From Cenococcum geophilum (Eukaryota), in NCBI GenBank assembly GCA_050273025.1, contig CP158635.1, forward strand, positions 5,208,001-5,272,000: 64,000 nt of DNA. Direction: 5' to 3'. The notes under the pieces are model-generated. The model did no database searches and had not been told where the DNA came from. It saw nothing but the letters and a program-made list of their open reading frames with translations. This document shows, one piece after another, positions 1-13,305 of the stretch. The position numbers and the translations under genes are program-made. Position 1 is the first letter of the stretch; each line of letters opens with the position of its first letter.

Positions 1-549
1 TTTCCTGATGCGTGGTCTCCATGTTGTTTTTTACTATATAAATGCATATTCCGCCCCAAAACCACTCAAAGCCATCTTTATTGCTTGGATTTCGAGGTCT
101 TCGACCTCCTTCCATCAGCTTTTATTCTAAATGTCGACGCCAAGTTGGCTACACTCGCCAGGGTGGAAAGATGCTCCGCCAGTAGCACCCTCACACATAT
201 TTCATTTCTGTCACTTGAAAATCCCTTAGCCTTCTCCTATGAGCCTTGATTCCCGTACGTTGACGCTTGGCTGTTACACTATTTGGCGCAGAGTGATGCT
301 CTACTGCTAGAGTCTTTTTTGTACCCCTTAGCGCTCGTTAGCTCATTTCATCCGCTACTTTGTAGGTTTATTTATCATCAGATACCATTATACGGCGAAG
401 GCACTATTCTGAGTGTATATGCTGTAGTATATCGAATACCATCAAATGCACGATGATCCCGTACTGCGGTTTGATGATTCATTGATGTATAGGCTCTGAA
501 ACACTTCTACTTTAATCGTCAATCTCCCGAAGTAATTTGGGTTCGATAT

Positions 550-1720
550 TCAGGGAGTTTTCGGAGCAGTATTAGTATTGCCTAGATTCCCAGACACAAA
601 CACCACCAGAACGGCTGCGTAGGCTGCCGTCGCCGCGAATATTTCTGACCTTTTCGCATTAGTTAGAAGCCCCACGCCAATAGCGAAGAGAATGGTGAAG
701 CCAGAAATCATCCCGAGTTTAGCACCCGGATTTGTCACAAAGTATAAACTTGTAATGGCACCGATGAGAAGAATTGCAGCGATGACAGTGCTGATGAATG
801 CTACCGCCCACATGACATGGCGCTCGGGGAAGTGCCTCGTATTATCTCCAGGGTCTGGGTATGCTTTGTCCTTGTGTAAAATATTAGGTAGGGATTGAAT
901 CAGGAAGCGGGTACGTTACCTGGAAGGGCCAGTGGTCCTGTAGAAAGCGGGATAATGCATCTTTATCTGTGGGAGGTCGAAGGGCAGCGAGATCTTTCTC
1001 ATCATCTAGCATGGACTTCGCTCTTCCGGTCAGGATTGGACTCTCTCCGCGCGATTTTGGATACCTATTCTTTCCATTGAACCAGTTACGGAAAGCAGTG
1101 AGTACCCGGCTACTAGGTCGGTCGAGATTCGCAATTTGTGATTGAAGCAGCAATGCTTCATCTAGTCTCTGGTTAGAAATGCAAAAGAACGCTTCGTCTA
1201 TAATGTCATATCGGAATACAACACTTAAAACGTCCGTAAAGGTTAGCATTTGAGGAAGCCAACTCAGAGAAAGAGGCACCGCGAGGGTTATGACGCCTGT
1301 AATTTCGAAAATCTAATGGAAATAATATTCGAGTATTGTAGTTGACTTACGGTATTCCTTAATCTTTTTCTGGATGAGCTCGGCGAGCTCCATGCGCCTT
1401 CTCTCAGGCCGATTCGGGTTCTCGGCATTCTCCACAAACGTTTCCCACCTCTGCGCCGACAACCTCAATTCCATGTCCTGGCTTTCTTGTGTTTCTTCAT
1501 CCAGCCTATCCAAGGTCCCTTCTAACGCAATCAATTGGCTCTGGAGGTACAGAAGATTGCGCGCGCTGAGTCGATCAAATTTGCGGAAGACATACGACTC
1601 GTTGTTAGGATCATGCGCAATCCAAGCGGCGAGCGCAGGATAGCCGTCTCTAGGGGCTCTCGGCGCTCTAGGAATTGCGAGTTCGATGTCTGGAGGCGCA
1701 CCGATCGCTTGCTTCTGCAT
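550..1720 (-). CDS. DUF6594-type protein with C-terminal transmembrane helices (~310 aa, 3 exons: 1720-1351, 1161-920, 870-550)
   Basis: Three ORF-track fragments join in frame across GT..AG introns. Motifs GYPALAAWIA..VFRKFDRLSARNLLYLQSQL, KEYHEALLLQ and C-terminal FAATAAYAAVLVVFVSG are typical of this fungal family. Confidence 0.8.
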
Positions 1721-2959
1721 CTCATTGTAAGTAGTAGAATTTCATACCATTGTATTTGATTCTGGAGCAACTTCCTTTTCTTCTTCACAAGAACAGATCA
1801 TTACGGTGCTATTTGGAGGGTTCGCCACCCTCAAAGCTGACTTGTCGACTCAACGGGGCGTAAAGACAGCGCCAATCTCACGCTGACAACAATCATACCT
1901 TCGCTGTCTTTCCAGCCGCTTTGTTGTGGTTGGGGGAATAGCTGACGTACTCGAGAAGACAGCAAATTAGGCCAACTCATGTATTGCGAATGATACAACA
2001 CCATGACGATGTTTCCACCTATCCTCTCATTCATGACTTTCTCTTGCATTCCAAAATCTATAACTACTAAAGGTCCACTATGCTCCGTCGTTTATCTACT
2101 GTTTTCTCGCACATCATCACAATTCGCCTCTGCAGGCAAAGTTGAGACTCTAGAGCCATGACGAACTATGTTCAGGCTAAATTCGAGCTTTAATACCTTT
2201 CACAAGAGACTGAACTCCAGCCGCTCCCCCTACGCAGTTTCAAGGTCAGCCGAGGACAAGCAGTGACAAATATTCCTCTCGTCTGAGGTCTCATATTTCC
2301 TTGTATTTTGGGAGGCTCTACAGTGCAATACGATAGGTGTCGTGGCCTTTTGATTTGATGCTTTTTCATTGGTTATGCCAAATTTACGGCCACGTAGCGC
2401 TGCCAGTTGGCATGAAGTCGATGTGAACCCTTTTATGTCGGACATTAGAAGACAGGACGCGGCAAAAAGAGAGTAAGTTCTCGATTCCGCTTCTGGCTGA
2501 TTCTCAAGCCGCTATTCTACAACCATTCTGCCTAAGTTCAAACATCAAGCTCATACTCAATTGCACAATAGGATAATAATCGCATACAGATGTAATTCAA
2601 AGGCTCGGGGGAAAATATCGGAGCGTAAAAGGAAGTTCAGCTCTAGCAGGAAATACAAAGCAGTATGTACATCGGCAATAAATCGGATTATGATTAGTTG
2701 TGAGAGCAACACTGACGATTATTTTAATTAGGATTATTCAAGAGACAAGTTTTGGATAACTGAGCTACCAGATCTAACCCAACAGATATTCAAAGCGCCA
2801 GTTTATGGAATTCTAAATGACGATTATGAAGTTGGTCACTCTCCAAATTTCATTAATCTAGAACAGCAAAATATCTTACTGTCTCAAAACCCACAAGGCA
2901 TTCAAAGCGATGCCAAGGCTTGCCTTCCAGAGTTTTCTCAGCCAAGACAGTGTAAGCGT

Positions 2960-4159
2960 ATGAAGACGGAACGATGGATACCCGGTCTCCTCAAAGGAAT
3001 TCCTGTATCAGCATTGCCGGACAACTGTTCTGACCAGGACGTATTGTCAGAGACTTTTGTGACACGCAATGGCTTTTCGGTGGACACGAACTTCCAGAGA
3101 CCTATGAGACTACCAAATGGAAACGTAATAACTTCGGTTGGTACTGTAACGCTTCCATTCTCCTTCGATGGCGAGCGAGAATCATATGAGCGAGTCTTCA
3201 CCATTCTTCCGCGATCAGTTCATGATGCCATGCCGTCTAGGCTTTGAATTCGCTTTGGAGGCTGTGGTAGGAGGCTGCGGGGGCTTCCTTTGACCGTAAG
3301 GTGGACTATAGGGTATAAGGATGCTTGGAAGACTCTATTTCCGTAAAAGGCAAGGGGTAAATGTGTGAGTACTATATGGGTAAATAGAGTAACCGAACGC
3401 GTAAATATTAAAGGAGGAGAAGAAGAAGAATGCTTTATATTATGGAATTAGAATTGTAGCGGGCCTTTTAATATATAATTAGAAGCCCCGTATAAGCCTG
3501 TGCGGGTATGAGAATAGGAGAGGGTTAGAAAATAGATTATCGAGGCGATGATGAGGTCGAGGGCGCGCGACGACGCCCTCCATACTAACCTAGTACTAAC
3601 CTAGGCCTCAAAAACGCGTCCGAAAAGTAGGGGCTACCGCCTAAGGGGGGGGGTAATATTTGGATAATATGTGGTCGATATGGGGGGGACCGTGTGTAAC
3701 CCTAGGTTACGCCGAGCCTAACCCCGACCTCCGATACCTTGTTTGGCAGTAGCGCATTCTCGGTCTATAAAAACTACTTCTACAATAATGTCCTGAGCGA
3801 TGATGGTCTTTGCCTGATTCGCGAAAAGCAAAACTGCGGCATTCTAAGACGATTTTTTGGCCATCCGCAGGGACAGAGTAAGTTGATTGAACCCTTTCAC
3901 CTTGAGTATTAAATTTGAGCTTAGGGATGCTCTAGATGCAACTCCAAGCCCAGCCCGCACCCCCTCCGAAGAGTGGCAAGATGAAACGAACCGTCAAGGC
4001 CGAGAAGCAGACCGCATTGCTCAATTACCGGAAAGCGAGCAAGCAGATGCGCGGGAAACGGAGCGCTTGCGAAGAGATCAATTTCTCCGCCGTATCCAGA
4101 CCCTTCAGCGAGCTGAGGTGACTGCGGTCACGCAGCAGGGTTCCGCCACCGGGTCATGA
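2960..4159 (+). pseudogene. Retropepsin/aspartyl-protease-like fungal gene, interrupted by an insertion at ~3230-3730
   Basis: 5' part reads GIPVSALPDNCSDQDVLSETFV..LPNG..SVGTVTLPFSF..F.ILP.SVHD (retropepsin-like, degenerate DTG). Coding-like sequence resumes at ~3737 (LFGSSAFSVYKNYF) and ends in the charged helical ORF 3887-4159. Confidence 0.5.
3230..3730. mobile_element. Truncated, lightly RIP-affected DNA-transposon-like end (family uncertain, possibly Mutator-like)
   Basis: Abrupt TpA-enriched segment with G-runs and a short repeat (TACTAACCTAG x2) that breaks the protease-like frame. No second TIR or TSD found. Confidence 0.35.
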
Positions 4160-5345
4160 GAATAGGACATCTTACTGCCCGATGAAACTTTACACGCCCC
4201 CCAGGCACATACGACACCTTACGGTAATGCTCTCGCGGAATTGGAGGCTACGGTCGTGACGAATAGGAAGGTAATGAAGTGGTAATGCCATACGCATGTA
4301 CGGAGTTAGGCGGTCACGGAACTTATGCAAATGCTTTGAGCTCATTCCGCTTTCAATGTTATTATTTTTACACATTTGCAAAACGCGGACTTAACACCGC
4401 TGAGCACTGGGTGTCCTAACCTGGTTGGTAAGGAAGGTATGTACGATGAGATAGACCTGTTATTTCCCGACCTCACGGTTGAAGCTCTCAAGCAACTGAT
4501 ATGAATAAATACTGCAGAATTCGCGCCTTGATTCTTGTGACTCTGCAACTTCAGATCGTTATGCTAGCCCTGGGTGACAGGGGTGTTATTACGACACCTT
4601 AAAAGCACGCGGAGCTGACGATCGCTACCTACAATACCTCACACCTCACTTTACCTCACCAGTATCAATCAAGAAAGTTCTAGCCAACACGACTCTTCCA
4701 TTCCACTAAAGTACACTCGAAAATATCCTCAAGTCTGCTTATACACGATCGCCTACTTCCCTTCCTATCCCCTAATTCTCCCCTTCTCTCCCCTCCTCCC
4801 TCCAAGCACCCCAGTCTACAACCGTGAAAACCCACCCGCCTTGCAAAGTGAGGGATAGAGAGAGATCTGTACTCGAGAAGTAACTAAAATAAAGAGGATG
4901 AGCCCGAAAAAGCGCTCAAGGGAGAAGAAGCCAAGGGGCAACCCCTCGCGCCTACAATCGCTATCCGAGTTATTTGCTAGAACCAAGAAGAAAGTAAAGC
5001 CCGCCCTGCGAAACAGAACCCCTCAACGGCCTCCCAAGATAATAGAAATGCCTATCCACATCAACCGGCGGCTGTAGTGGGCGCTGAGTTGCAAAATAAA
5101 ACACAGGGGAAGGCGGGAAATCGAGTATGAGGATGAGTTAAGGAGCACATGCGCGAACCTCGCTAGCTATGACAGATGGAAATCCCGATTTCCGGGAATA
5201 GACAGGGAAAGAAATAGAGCTTTGTTGGGGGATCCCAGCGCCGGTGGTAGGGAGGACTCCGGTATAATAGTGCGAGATTGGGGTATGATGAGGAAGATTA
5301 GTGGGGAAGGAAGAGGAATGGTGTGAAGTAGCCCTGCGAGGTTGC

Positions 5346-7724
5346 TCATGACTCGCCACCTGCCGATGCCGCCGCACCCTCTCCTTGCCCGCCTCGCCCG
5401 AATCCGCGGCCACGTACCCGGCCCCGCTGGCTGCCGCCGCGGTCGCCTCGGCCCCTGTATCCGACACCTCGTCCGCCGCGGCCGCCTTCACTGTCGCTGG
5501 CACCGCCGCTGCGATATCCGCCACTTTGCAAGCCGCCTCTATTGCTGCCCTGCCAGCTGCCAGCTCCGAAGCGTGGCGTGCTGCGGTCAGATGGGTCTCG
5601 GTAGATCTTGACGCTAGGCTTGTCTGCTTTGTTACCTTTGTATTCTTGGGAGACGCGGCCAAGGGCAGCTTGCATCTCTGCTGGAGTAGCGAAAGTTGCA
5701 ATGAAGTAGTGTTTGTTCTTTTCGATCTTCTCGCACTTGGCCTTGTCTTCTTCGGCGAGCAATAACTTCGCCTCTTCTTCATCCTTGACGTTCACAATGA
5801 ATAGAGCCTTGCTCTCTTTTCTCTCCGCAGGAGTATCTGTCTTTGGTACTGGTGATGCCGGGCCTTTTTCTGGCGCTGCTGTCCCATTGGGCTTAATTTC
5901 GCTTAGTATAGCCTTCTCTTGACCAGCATTTGAAGGAACAGTGCTTCCAGCGTTAGATGGCGGTGGTTGAGGAGTAGCGGGTTTGATAGGCTCCTTGGGT
6001 GTGGCAGGTGTAGGAGATGGTCCAGTTCTTGCGGGCTGCGGCGCGGCGGGCTTGATTTGCTGCTGTTGTGGGGGCGGAGTAGGCGCAGATTGTTGACGCG
6101 GTTGTTGTGGTGCAGCGACTGGCGCAAGTGGCGTTCGAATCTGCGCAGGAGAAGGTTGCGCTGATGGGTTCGGAAGATTTCCGCCAGTAGGAGCACTAGT
6201 GCTTGTTGAAGGCGCAACGGGTGCGCCTTGACCTTGCTGAGGTGCGCCAACCTTCCCACCACGATGGGCGAAGTTGAATCCTTGCGCTCTCATTTCGGTC
6301 CCAATCCTTCCATTATCAACATCAAGTACTAACCAGCCATATGCTGCATCCGCCAGGTTAAAATTCCACATATTCTTAAATGCACTCTCGTCCACCTGCC
6401 CGCTAGCTGGTCCTGGTGCAGGTCCTCCGAAAGGATTGCCACCATTTGCGATGGTCGGCATCTTGTTGACTATATCGATAGCCAGATTGAGTAACCGTTG
6501 CTGTGACTCGCTCTCTGCAACTGCAGGCTCGACCTCAGCCTTCACCGTGTCCCAGACATCATTGAATGACGCCTTTGATGCTGCAAGCTTGCCACGATAG
6601 TGATCCAGCGTAGGATTGACGCTAAATTCGTTGTAAGAGCTACCGTAGCGGAAATGGAGACCAGCAGATATTGAAAAGTCCGCTTTTAGTGTGACCGACA
6701 ATTGATTCAGTAGACCTTCACGTGCTGGGGATGCGTGTGTCACAAAGATTCGCGTCTCTGTGGGATCATAAACCCGGTTTGCCGTATCCACCAGCTCACC
6801 CATCTGTAAGAGTGTGGTCCACATTGTTCCCTGTCCACCAGCGATTGTGGTTCTGCCCTCACCATTATCAAAAAGTTTGTGCATCACCACAGCGCCCCCA
6901 AGGCCCAACAGACGGAGCTTGATCCCCCCAACATCTAGTAGTCGTGAGTGTGCCTCATCGATGATGTGAAGGTTGTCGATCTTGTATTCTCCAGACCGAA
7001 GCTTCTCAAGGACCTGAACATCTTCACACGCACCCCATACGGTATAAACGGGTACGTTTAATGTGTATGTCTTGTTGAGGAACAGCGGCAGTTCTGACAG
7101 AGGGAGATTATCCCTAGCAAATCGCTCTTTGATGGGTGGTTGTGGTGGAGCGGCTGCGATTTGGCGCTTTACGGGGTCAGATAGAAGAGGTGAGTACTGG
7201 GCGACGTGCTTGAGCGTCCTGTGAGGTAAAGTGAAATGAAGTGTCAGTTTGTTTGCATCAAGGCAATTCAGTCAAGGAAGCTCAGATATCGCGTTCAATT
7301 ACATACTTTTCTGCGATCCGATCCAGTGAGCGATCATCGTAGAAGCCGAAGTCGCCAGTGTGTATAATATAGTTTGCCCGTGCGTCTGCGGCGAGATGGT
7401 TGAGAGACTGGAGGTTACCTTTGTAAGATTGTTAGCCTCGCGTAGAGCTACCAACTTCACTTGCTGCTCAGATATCGTACCTCTCACGTCGGCAATACAC
7501 AGAACTCGAGCGCTTCCAGACTGTATTACACGGCCTTGATTGGGAAGAAGTGGCTGGGCACCAGGCGCAGGACCTGAAGGTGTTCCGCCGTTAGGGAGAT
7601 AGCCCTGGGAGTTGTAAGGGCGCGGCTGAGTTGGAGCTTGCTGCGTATTGTCAGCATGCTATGACGCCTTCAGATAGCACGTTTTTGCGGTAGTGTTTGT
7701 GCGCGCTCAACTTACGGAAGCCAT
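5346..7724 (-). CDS. DUF2433 / calcineurin-like metallophosphoesterase-fold protein with Pro/Gln-rich linker and C-terminal RGG tail (~717 aa; exons 7724-7716, 7640-7481, 7418-7307, 7218-5346)
   Basis: Spliced frame M-A-S|QAPTQP..RVLCIADVRG|NLQSLN..IIHTGDFGFYD..|KTLKHVAQYSPLL runs into the 520-aa ORF. Canonical donors, branch sites and acceptors; total length 2154 nt is in frame. Confidence 0.85.
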
Positions 7725-9236
7725 GGAGATGTCCGATGCGGCAAACTGAAGGGGTGTCAAGAACAGTGATTTCGGATTCGATAGGTAAAAGAGAGGTATA
7801 AGGGGGGTATTCAGGAAGAAGCGGGAATAGAAGGATTAGATGGGCTTCTGCTCGAGCTGTGGTGGTGAATAGAAAAGGTGATGGTTGATGCGGAACTGAG
7901 CTTTGCACACTTCACTCCTGCCTTTTTCGCTGCTCTCGCTAACGCGCTCCCGCCTTGGCGATCAGGTTCGAGGTTTTCACCAGCTCACTTTTTCCCCATC
8001 CAAGTCCCCTGCACTCCCGTCTGAAATCCTAGGACCGACGACTTTTTCATTAACTTAGTTTTTGTGCGTCTAGACCTAAGCCAATCTCATACAGAGCCGA
8101 GCCTTATTTCTCCCCTTCTTATACGTCATTCGACAAGCTGGATCCCATCTGCATCCTATCTCGTTGCTTCATTCATCCCACGTCGTGGATTCTTCTAGAA
8201 AACGTCGGCCCTCCGTCATTTCTGAGCAACTTCAGCAAACCCCCTGCCTTAACAAGAAGGTTTGCGCCTGAACTAAATCTATTAAAATACCCCTAGAGAA
8301 GCAATCCCTCACATGTCCCTCTAGGAACACAAATCAGAAGAAAGACCGCTCTAGCCTATCACAGATTAGCGAGTGCTTGTGGTGCCTTCATATGGGCTCC
8401 AGTGGGGGATAGGACCATAATTCCCTGGAAAAGGCAGCTCCAAGACTACCTTAACGCATGAACTTTTGTCCTCACGAAGTGGTTAGCCGCACTGAAGATA
8501 CCCGATTGAATTCGCAACTAGCCTACCCAAGGCATCATCTCATATTGTGCCGTTAGACCATACCAAGTACAGCCTGTCAATTTTAACTTCCAATTGATTT
8601 GGCAAAGCCCTCAGCTCTAAGAGTGTCTAGTAAAGGCCGCTGCAAAACATGTCACCTACGCCGTGCAATTGTGTGAAATGACGATGATTGCTCGGTATAA
8701 CTAGACCAATTTGTTGGTGTACGGTACATTTTGACCAGGATGTTGATCGATCGATGTAATAAAAGGCACATCTACCAACTGAAATTAGAAAATAGCTGCA
8801 AGGATATCACATAACCATTGGGATTGTATCCGGGTTGGGCAATAGCCACTCTTCACGCTGACTTACGAGTATTCTACTCGCATAAAAGGGTAGGGCCCAG
8901 TATCTGTTTGGGCTCATCATTTCTCAATATTTCTATTGAATTGACTGCGTAAAGCGCGGTTGGAGAGCTGAAGTTACTTTTGGGGTACATTTTCAGAAAT
9001 ACGCAAGCTGTGACAGAAGGTTCGCAGGATAGAGCTCCAGCGTTCACCGCCTCGCTTCCAAGAGAAATTTCCAAAATCTTTCGCGACCAGGATACGTACA
9101 CCCCCCACCGTGGAAATCCTGTTTACTTTCTTACCTTTCTCTTCTTCACCTCTTTTCCTTTTCTTCTTTTCCCTTCTTGTAGCGGCGCTGGATACCCACG
9201 TTTTCTATTGTTTATTGCATCCTACACATACGCACC
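7725..9236. promoter_or_regulatory. Divergent intergenic/promoter region shared by the DUF2433 gene and KAP123
   Basis: Head-to-head start codons at 7724 (-) and 9237 (+). Pyrimidine-rich tract at ~9120-9180 precedes the KAP123 ATG. Confidence 0.5.
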
Positions 9237-12200
9237 ATGGATGAACAAGAGTTTGTCCAGCTCCTCGAGAGCCTGCTGCAACGTAAGTCAAATTTTACCA
9301 CGACGTGTTTCTTGCTGATATAGAATAGCCGACACTGAACGCGTCAAGGCTGCCACGGCAACTCTTAATAAAACCTACTATATCTCTCCTGCCTCCCTCG
9401 CTGCTCTTATCCATATCCTTGCCTCTCATCCCAAAGCGGAGCTTCGACAATTAGCTGCCGTCGAGGCCAGGAAACTGGTTCAAAAGCACTGGGCTTCAGT
9501 ACCTGTCGACCAAAAAGCACCGCTCAGAAATCAGCTTTTCCAGTCCACTCTTAACGACGATGTCACCCTTGTTCGACATTCCGCTGCACGCGTTGTATCC
9601 GCAATTGCCAGGATTGACTTCGAAGATGGAGAGTGGGGAGATCTGCCGGGCTACCTGCAGCAGGCCGCTACTAGTAATACGGCTCGGCACAGAGAGGTCG
9701 GAGTCTACATACTCTTCACAATACTAGAATCCGTAGGCGATACATTCCCCGGCAATCTGAGCGACCTCTACAAGCTCTTCAGCACTACCATCCAGGACCC
9801 TGAGAGCGCAGAGGTCAGAGTCAACACCATGCTCGCATTAAGCCGCATGGCTATGCTGCTTGACCCTGAGGAGGATCCAAAGTCTCTCAAGGCATTCCAG
9901 GATACTATACCGAACATGGTGGCTGTTCTGAAATCAACTGTTGAGCAAGGTGACGAGGACCACGCCCTACAGGCTTTTGAGGTATTCCAAACACTGCTTG
10001 GTTGCGAAGCTGCTCTCCTTCAAAAGCACTTTGGCGATCTCGTCAAGTTCATGATCGAGCTGGCATCCACAACTTCAATAGACGATGACTACCGATCGCA
10101 AGCACTCGCGTTCTTGATGCAGTGTGTTCGATATAGGAAGCTCAAGGTTCAAGGTCTCAGAATTGGTGAAGAGCTTACTGTCAAGGCTTTGCAAATTGTG
10201 ACAGAGCTGGGTGATCTTTCCAATGACGAGGAGGACATCACTCCAGCCAGGTCGGCTTTGGGATTGCTGGACATCCTTGCATCTAGTCTACCTCCTAGCC
10301 AGGTTGTGGTGCCTTTGCTCAGAGCCATCGGTCCTTTTGTCGCCTCTACAAATCCGGATTATCGCAGAGCTGGTATCCTCGCTCTAGGCATGTGCGTCGA
10401 GGGGGCTCCAGACTTCATCGCAACTCAACTCCATGAGATTCTTCCCATGGTATTGCACTTGCTAGAAGACCCAGAGATTAAGGTTCGAGCTGCTGCCTTG
10501 AACGGTGTTGCCCGATTGGCCGACGACTTGGCTGAAGATATGGGCAAGGAACATGCGCGGCTCATTCCAGCTCTCGTAAAGAATTTTGACCTTGCTGCCA
10601 GTTCGAGCCAGGGCCAAGACGGAGAACGGAATCTCGAGATCATTCGAGGAAGCTGCAATGCTATCGACTCCCTTATCGAGGGTCTGGAGACGGAGGACGC
10701 CGCGAAATATGTTTCCGAGCTGGTGCCTCGATTTAGCAGCTTGTTCCAGCACTCCGATTTCAAGTCCAAGGTCGCTGCAGTTGGCGCCGTTGGGTCTATT
10801 GCAGCTGCCGCAGAAGGAGCATTCTTGCCATACTTTGCGCAGACAATGAACGCTCTTGCCCCTTATGTGACAATAAAGGAAAGCCAGGGTGACCTTGATC
10901 TCCGAGGCGTTGTTTGCGACTCAATGGGGAAATTAGCGTCGGCGGTTGGAGCAGCTCCATTCCAACAATACGTTCGTCCTCTCATGGAAGCCTCTGAAGA
11001 GGCTCTACACCTCGATCATCCCAGATTGCGTGAGACAAGTTACATTCTCTGGAGTACGATGGCGAAGGTCTACGAAGAAGAGTTCTCACCATACCTTGCC
11101 GGTGCCATCAAAGGTCTCCAGGAGTGTCTTAGACAAGACGAGACAGAAATGGAGGTCCAATTGGGTGAAGAAGCCAAAGACTTGTTGGGCAGTGAAGTTG
11201 TTGTCCAGGGACGAAAAATCAAGGTCGCTGCTGCAACTGACGATGAAGATGATGATGTAGTCAATGCAGAGGATATGGATGAAGATGATGACTGGGACGA
11301 CATTGGAGCTGTTACTGCTGTAGCTATGGAAAAAGAAATCGCCGTCGAGGTTATTGGAGATATCATTACGCACACAAGACGTAATTTCCTTCCTTATCTC
11401 GAGGACACAGTTACATCAGTCCTAGAGCTTGTCGAGCATTCATACGAGGGAGTCCGCAAATCTGCCATTGGTACCCTCTGGCGAACCTATGCTTGCCTCT
11501 GGGGCCTGGCTGAGGGCGACGGTATGGATAAATGGAAGCCTGGAATTAAACTCCAAGTTCAACCCACGGATGCTCTTAAGAAGCTCGGAAACATGGTCAT
11601 GACTGCCACTATGGGTGTTTGGCAGGATGAGATGGATCGGTCAGTTTGATTTTTTATTCTAGTTGAGTGCTGTACTTTTTTCTCGGCACATCTCTTTACC
11701 TCGAAAGGATGACCCTACTTCGTTAATCCCAGCTCACTCAGACGCACAAAGTGCGGTTGATGCGAAAGCGATTCTATTTCTGATCGACACCTCACCCAAC
11801 CTTAAATTTCTGGCTTTGTTGTCATTGCACCAGCTAACTAGATATGTTCCAGTGGCACCGTCACAGATATCAACCGCGATCTCGCCGCATCCCTCAAGCT
11901 TTGCGGTCCTGCCGTCCTTGTTACCGAGCAAGGCGATGTTGTGACTGAAATCGCGCAACAACTTGTCTCAATCATCACGAAACGCCACCCATGTCAACAG
12001 GACCTTGGTGACGAAGCCGATGAAGACGTCCTAGAAGAGTCTTCCGAGTACGACTGGCTCGTCATCGAGACTGCCTTGGATGTTGTTACATGCCTCTCCG
12101 TAGCTCTAGGCCCCGACTTCGCGGAACTTTGGAAAGTCTTCGAGAAACCGATCCTAAAGTACGCAAGTAGCCAAGAATCGACCGAACGCAGCGCAGCCGT

Positions 12201-12834
12201 GGGTTCAATTGCTGAATGCGTCGGTAATATGGGCGAAGCATGCACGCCCTACACGAGCGGCTTGCTCAAACTCCTCATTCATCGCTTATCAGACGAGGAC
12301 TCAGAGACGAAGTCAAATGCCGTTTACGGTCTCGGTCTGCTATGCGAGAAGTCCAACAATGAGCAGGAGATTCTGAAATCGTACATGAACATCTTCCAGA
12401 AGCTTGAACCGTTGCTGGATGACCATGGCCAAGCCCGGCTACTCGATAACACCGCTGGGTGCGTCAGCCGCATGATCTCGCGGCACCCGAACAACATCCC
12501 TATTAGCGAGGTGCTGCCGCGGCTAGTACAGCTTTTACCTCTGAGAGAAGATTACGAGGAGAACAAACCGATTTTCAAGATGGTTGTGCAGTTGTGTGAG
12601 TAGTTGCTTTGCCCGGTCACTATGCCTTATCCCATTTCTCGTCGTCCTCCCACCGAACCTTCTTTCTGACGCTATCCTCTCCCCCCAGACCAAGCAAACG
12701 ACCCTACGATCATGCAACTTACGCCTTCTCTGATGCCTGTTTTCGAGAAGGTGCTCGGACCACCCGAGGAGCAGCTTGAGGACGAGACGCGCGCGCAGCT
12801 ATTGGAGTTGGTTAAGTATCTACAGAAGCAGTAG
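9237..12834 (+). CDS. KAP123: Importin beta-4 / karyopherin Kap123 (HEAT-repeat nuclear import receptor, ~1081 aa; exons 9237-9282, 9329-11639, 11853-12595, 12689-12834)
   Basis: N-terminus MDEQEFVQLLESLLQPDTERVKAAT..LRQLAAVEARKLV (importin-beta N-terminal domain), HEAT repeats, acidic loop followed by AVTAVAMEKEIA. Three GT-AG introns restore a 3246-nt frame. Confidence 0.92.
11701..11787 (+). ncRNA. Intronic box C/D snoRNA, snR71/SNORD29-like (predicted guide for LSU rRNA Am2946, yeast numbering)
   Basis: Lies in KAP123 intron 2. TCGA terminal stem, box C AGGATGA 11706-11712, guide CCCAGCTCAC 11728-11737, D' CAGA 11739-11742, CGCAC/GTGCG stem, C' TTGATG, box D CTGA 11780-11783. Confidence 0.8.
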
Positions 12835-13305
12835 AGTGAGCGAGATACTGCATTTTCGGGGTCGAGGGTGACAGAAAGAAGGATGGACGTGTTTTGCTAG
12901 TCGATACCACTTATGTTAATGCGGCATGAATTTATGAAAATTGCATGGCGGCGCTCTCACTTATTTTCTTCACGTCTAAGTACTATGGAGCAGCCCCTGA
13001 GTAGCCAGAAGGCCCATTCCGGAGACCGAGCCTACTAGAGGAGGTAGCTCTAGGGCCTTAAAGCCCGGGTACAGTTGCCCTCAATCTAACATAAGCATCA
13101 TAATCTTGGAAACCCTGTAGAATATATTTTAAGAAACAACGTCTTTTTTCGTTCACCCGTCGCTCCTTTCTGCTCAATGATTGCCCTGAAGAGACGCACC
13201 TAGCCAGTCAGAGAAATAGTGATAGACCAGCCTAATTTCTATTTAAGTTACAGCCTCAATATTAGCGACCGGTAAGGATTTCCATCTTCTACGACTAATA
13301 GATCT

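Noticed and set aside
5138..6922. Multiple overlapping short ORFs on both strands
   Set aside because: Shadow frames of the GC-rich DUF2433 gene; no independent motifs.
11663..11961. ORFs spanning KAP123 intron 2
   Set aside because: The region is an intron with snoRNA boxes; the spliced frame restores the importin.
10425..12717. Antisense and alternative-frame ORFs within KAP123
   Set aside because: Explained by codon structure of the importin CDS.
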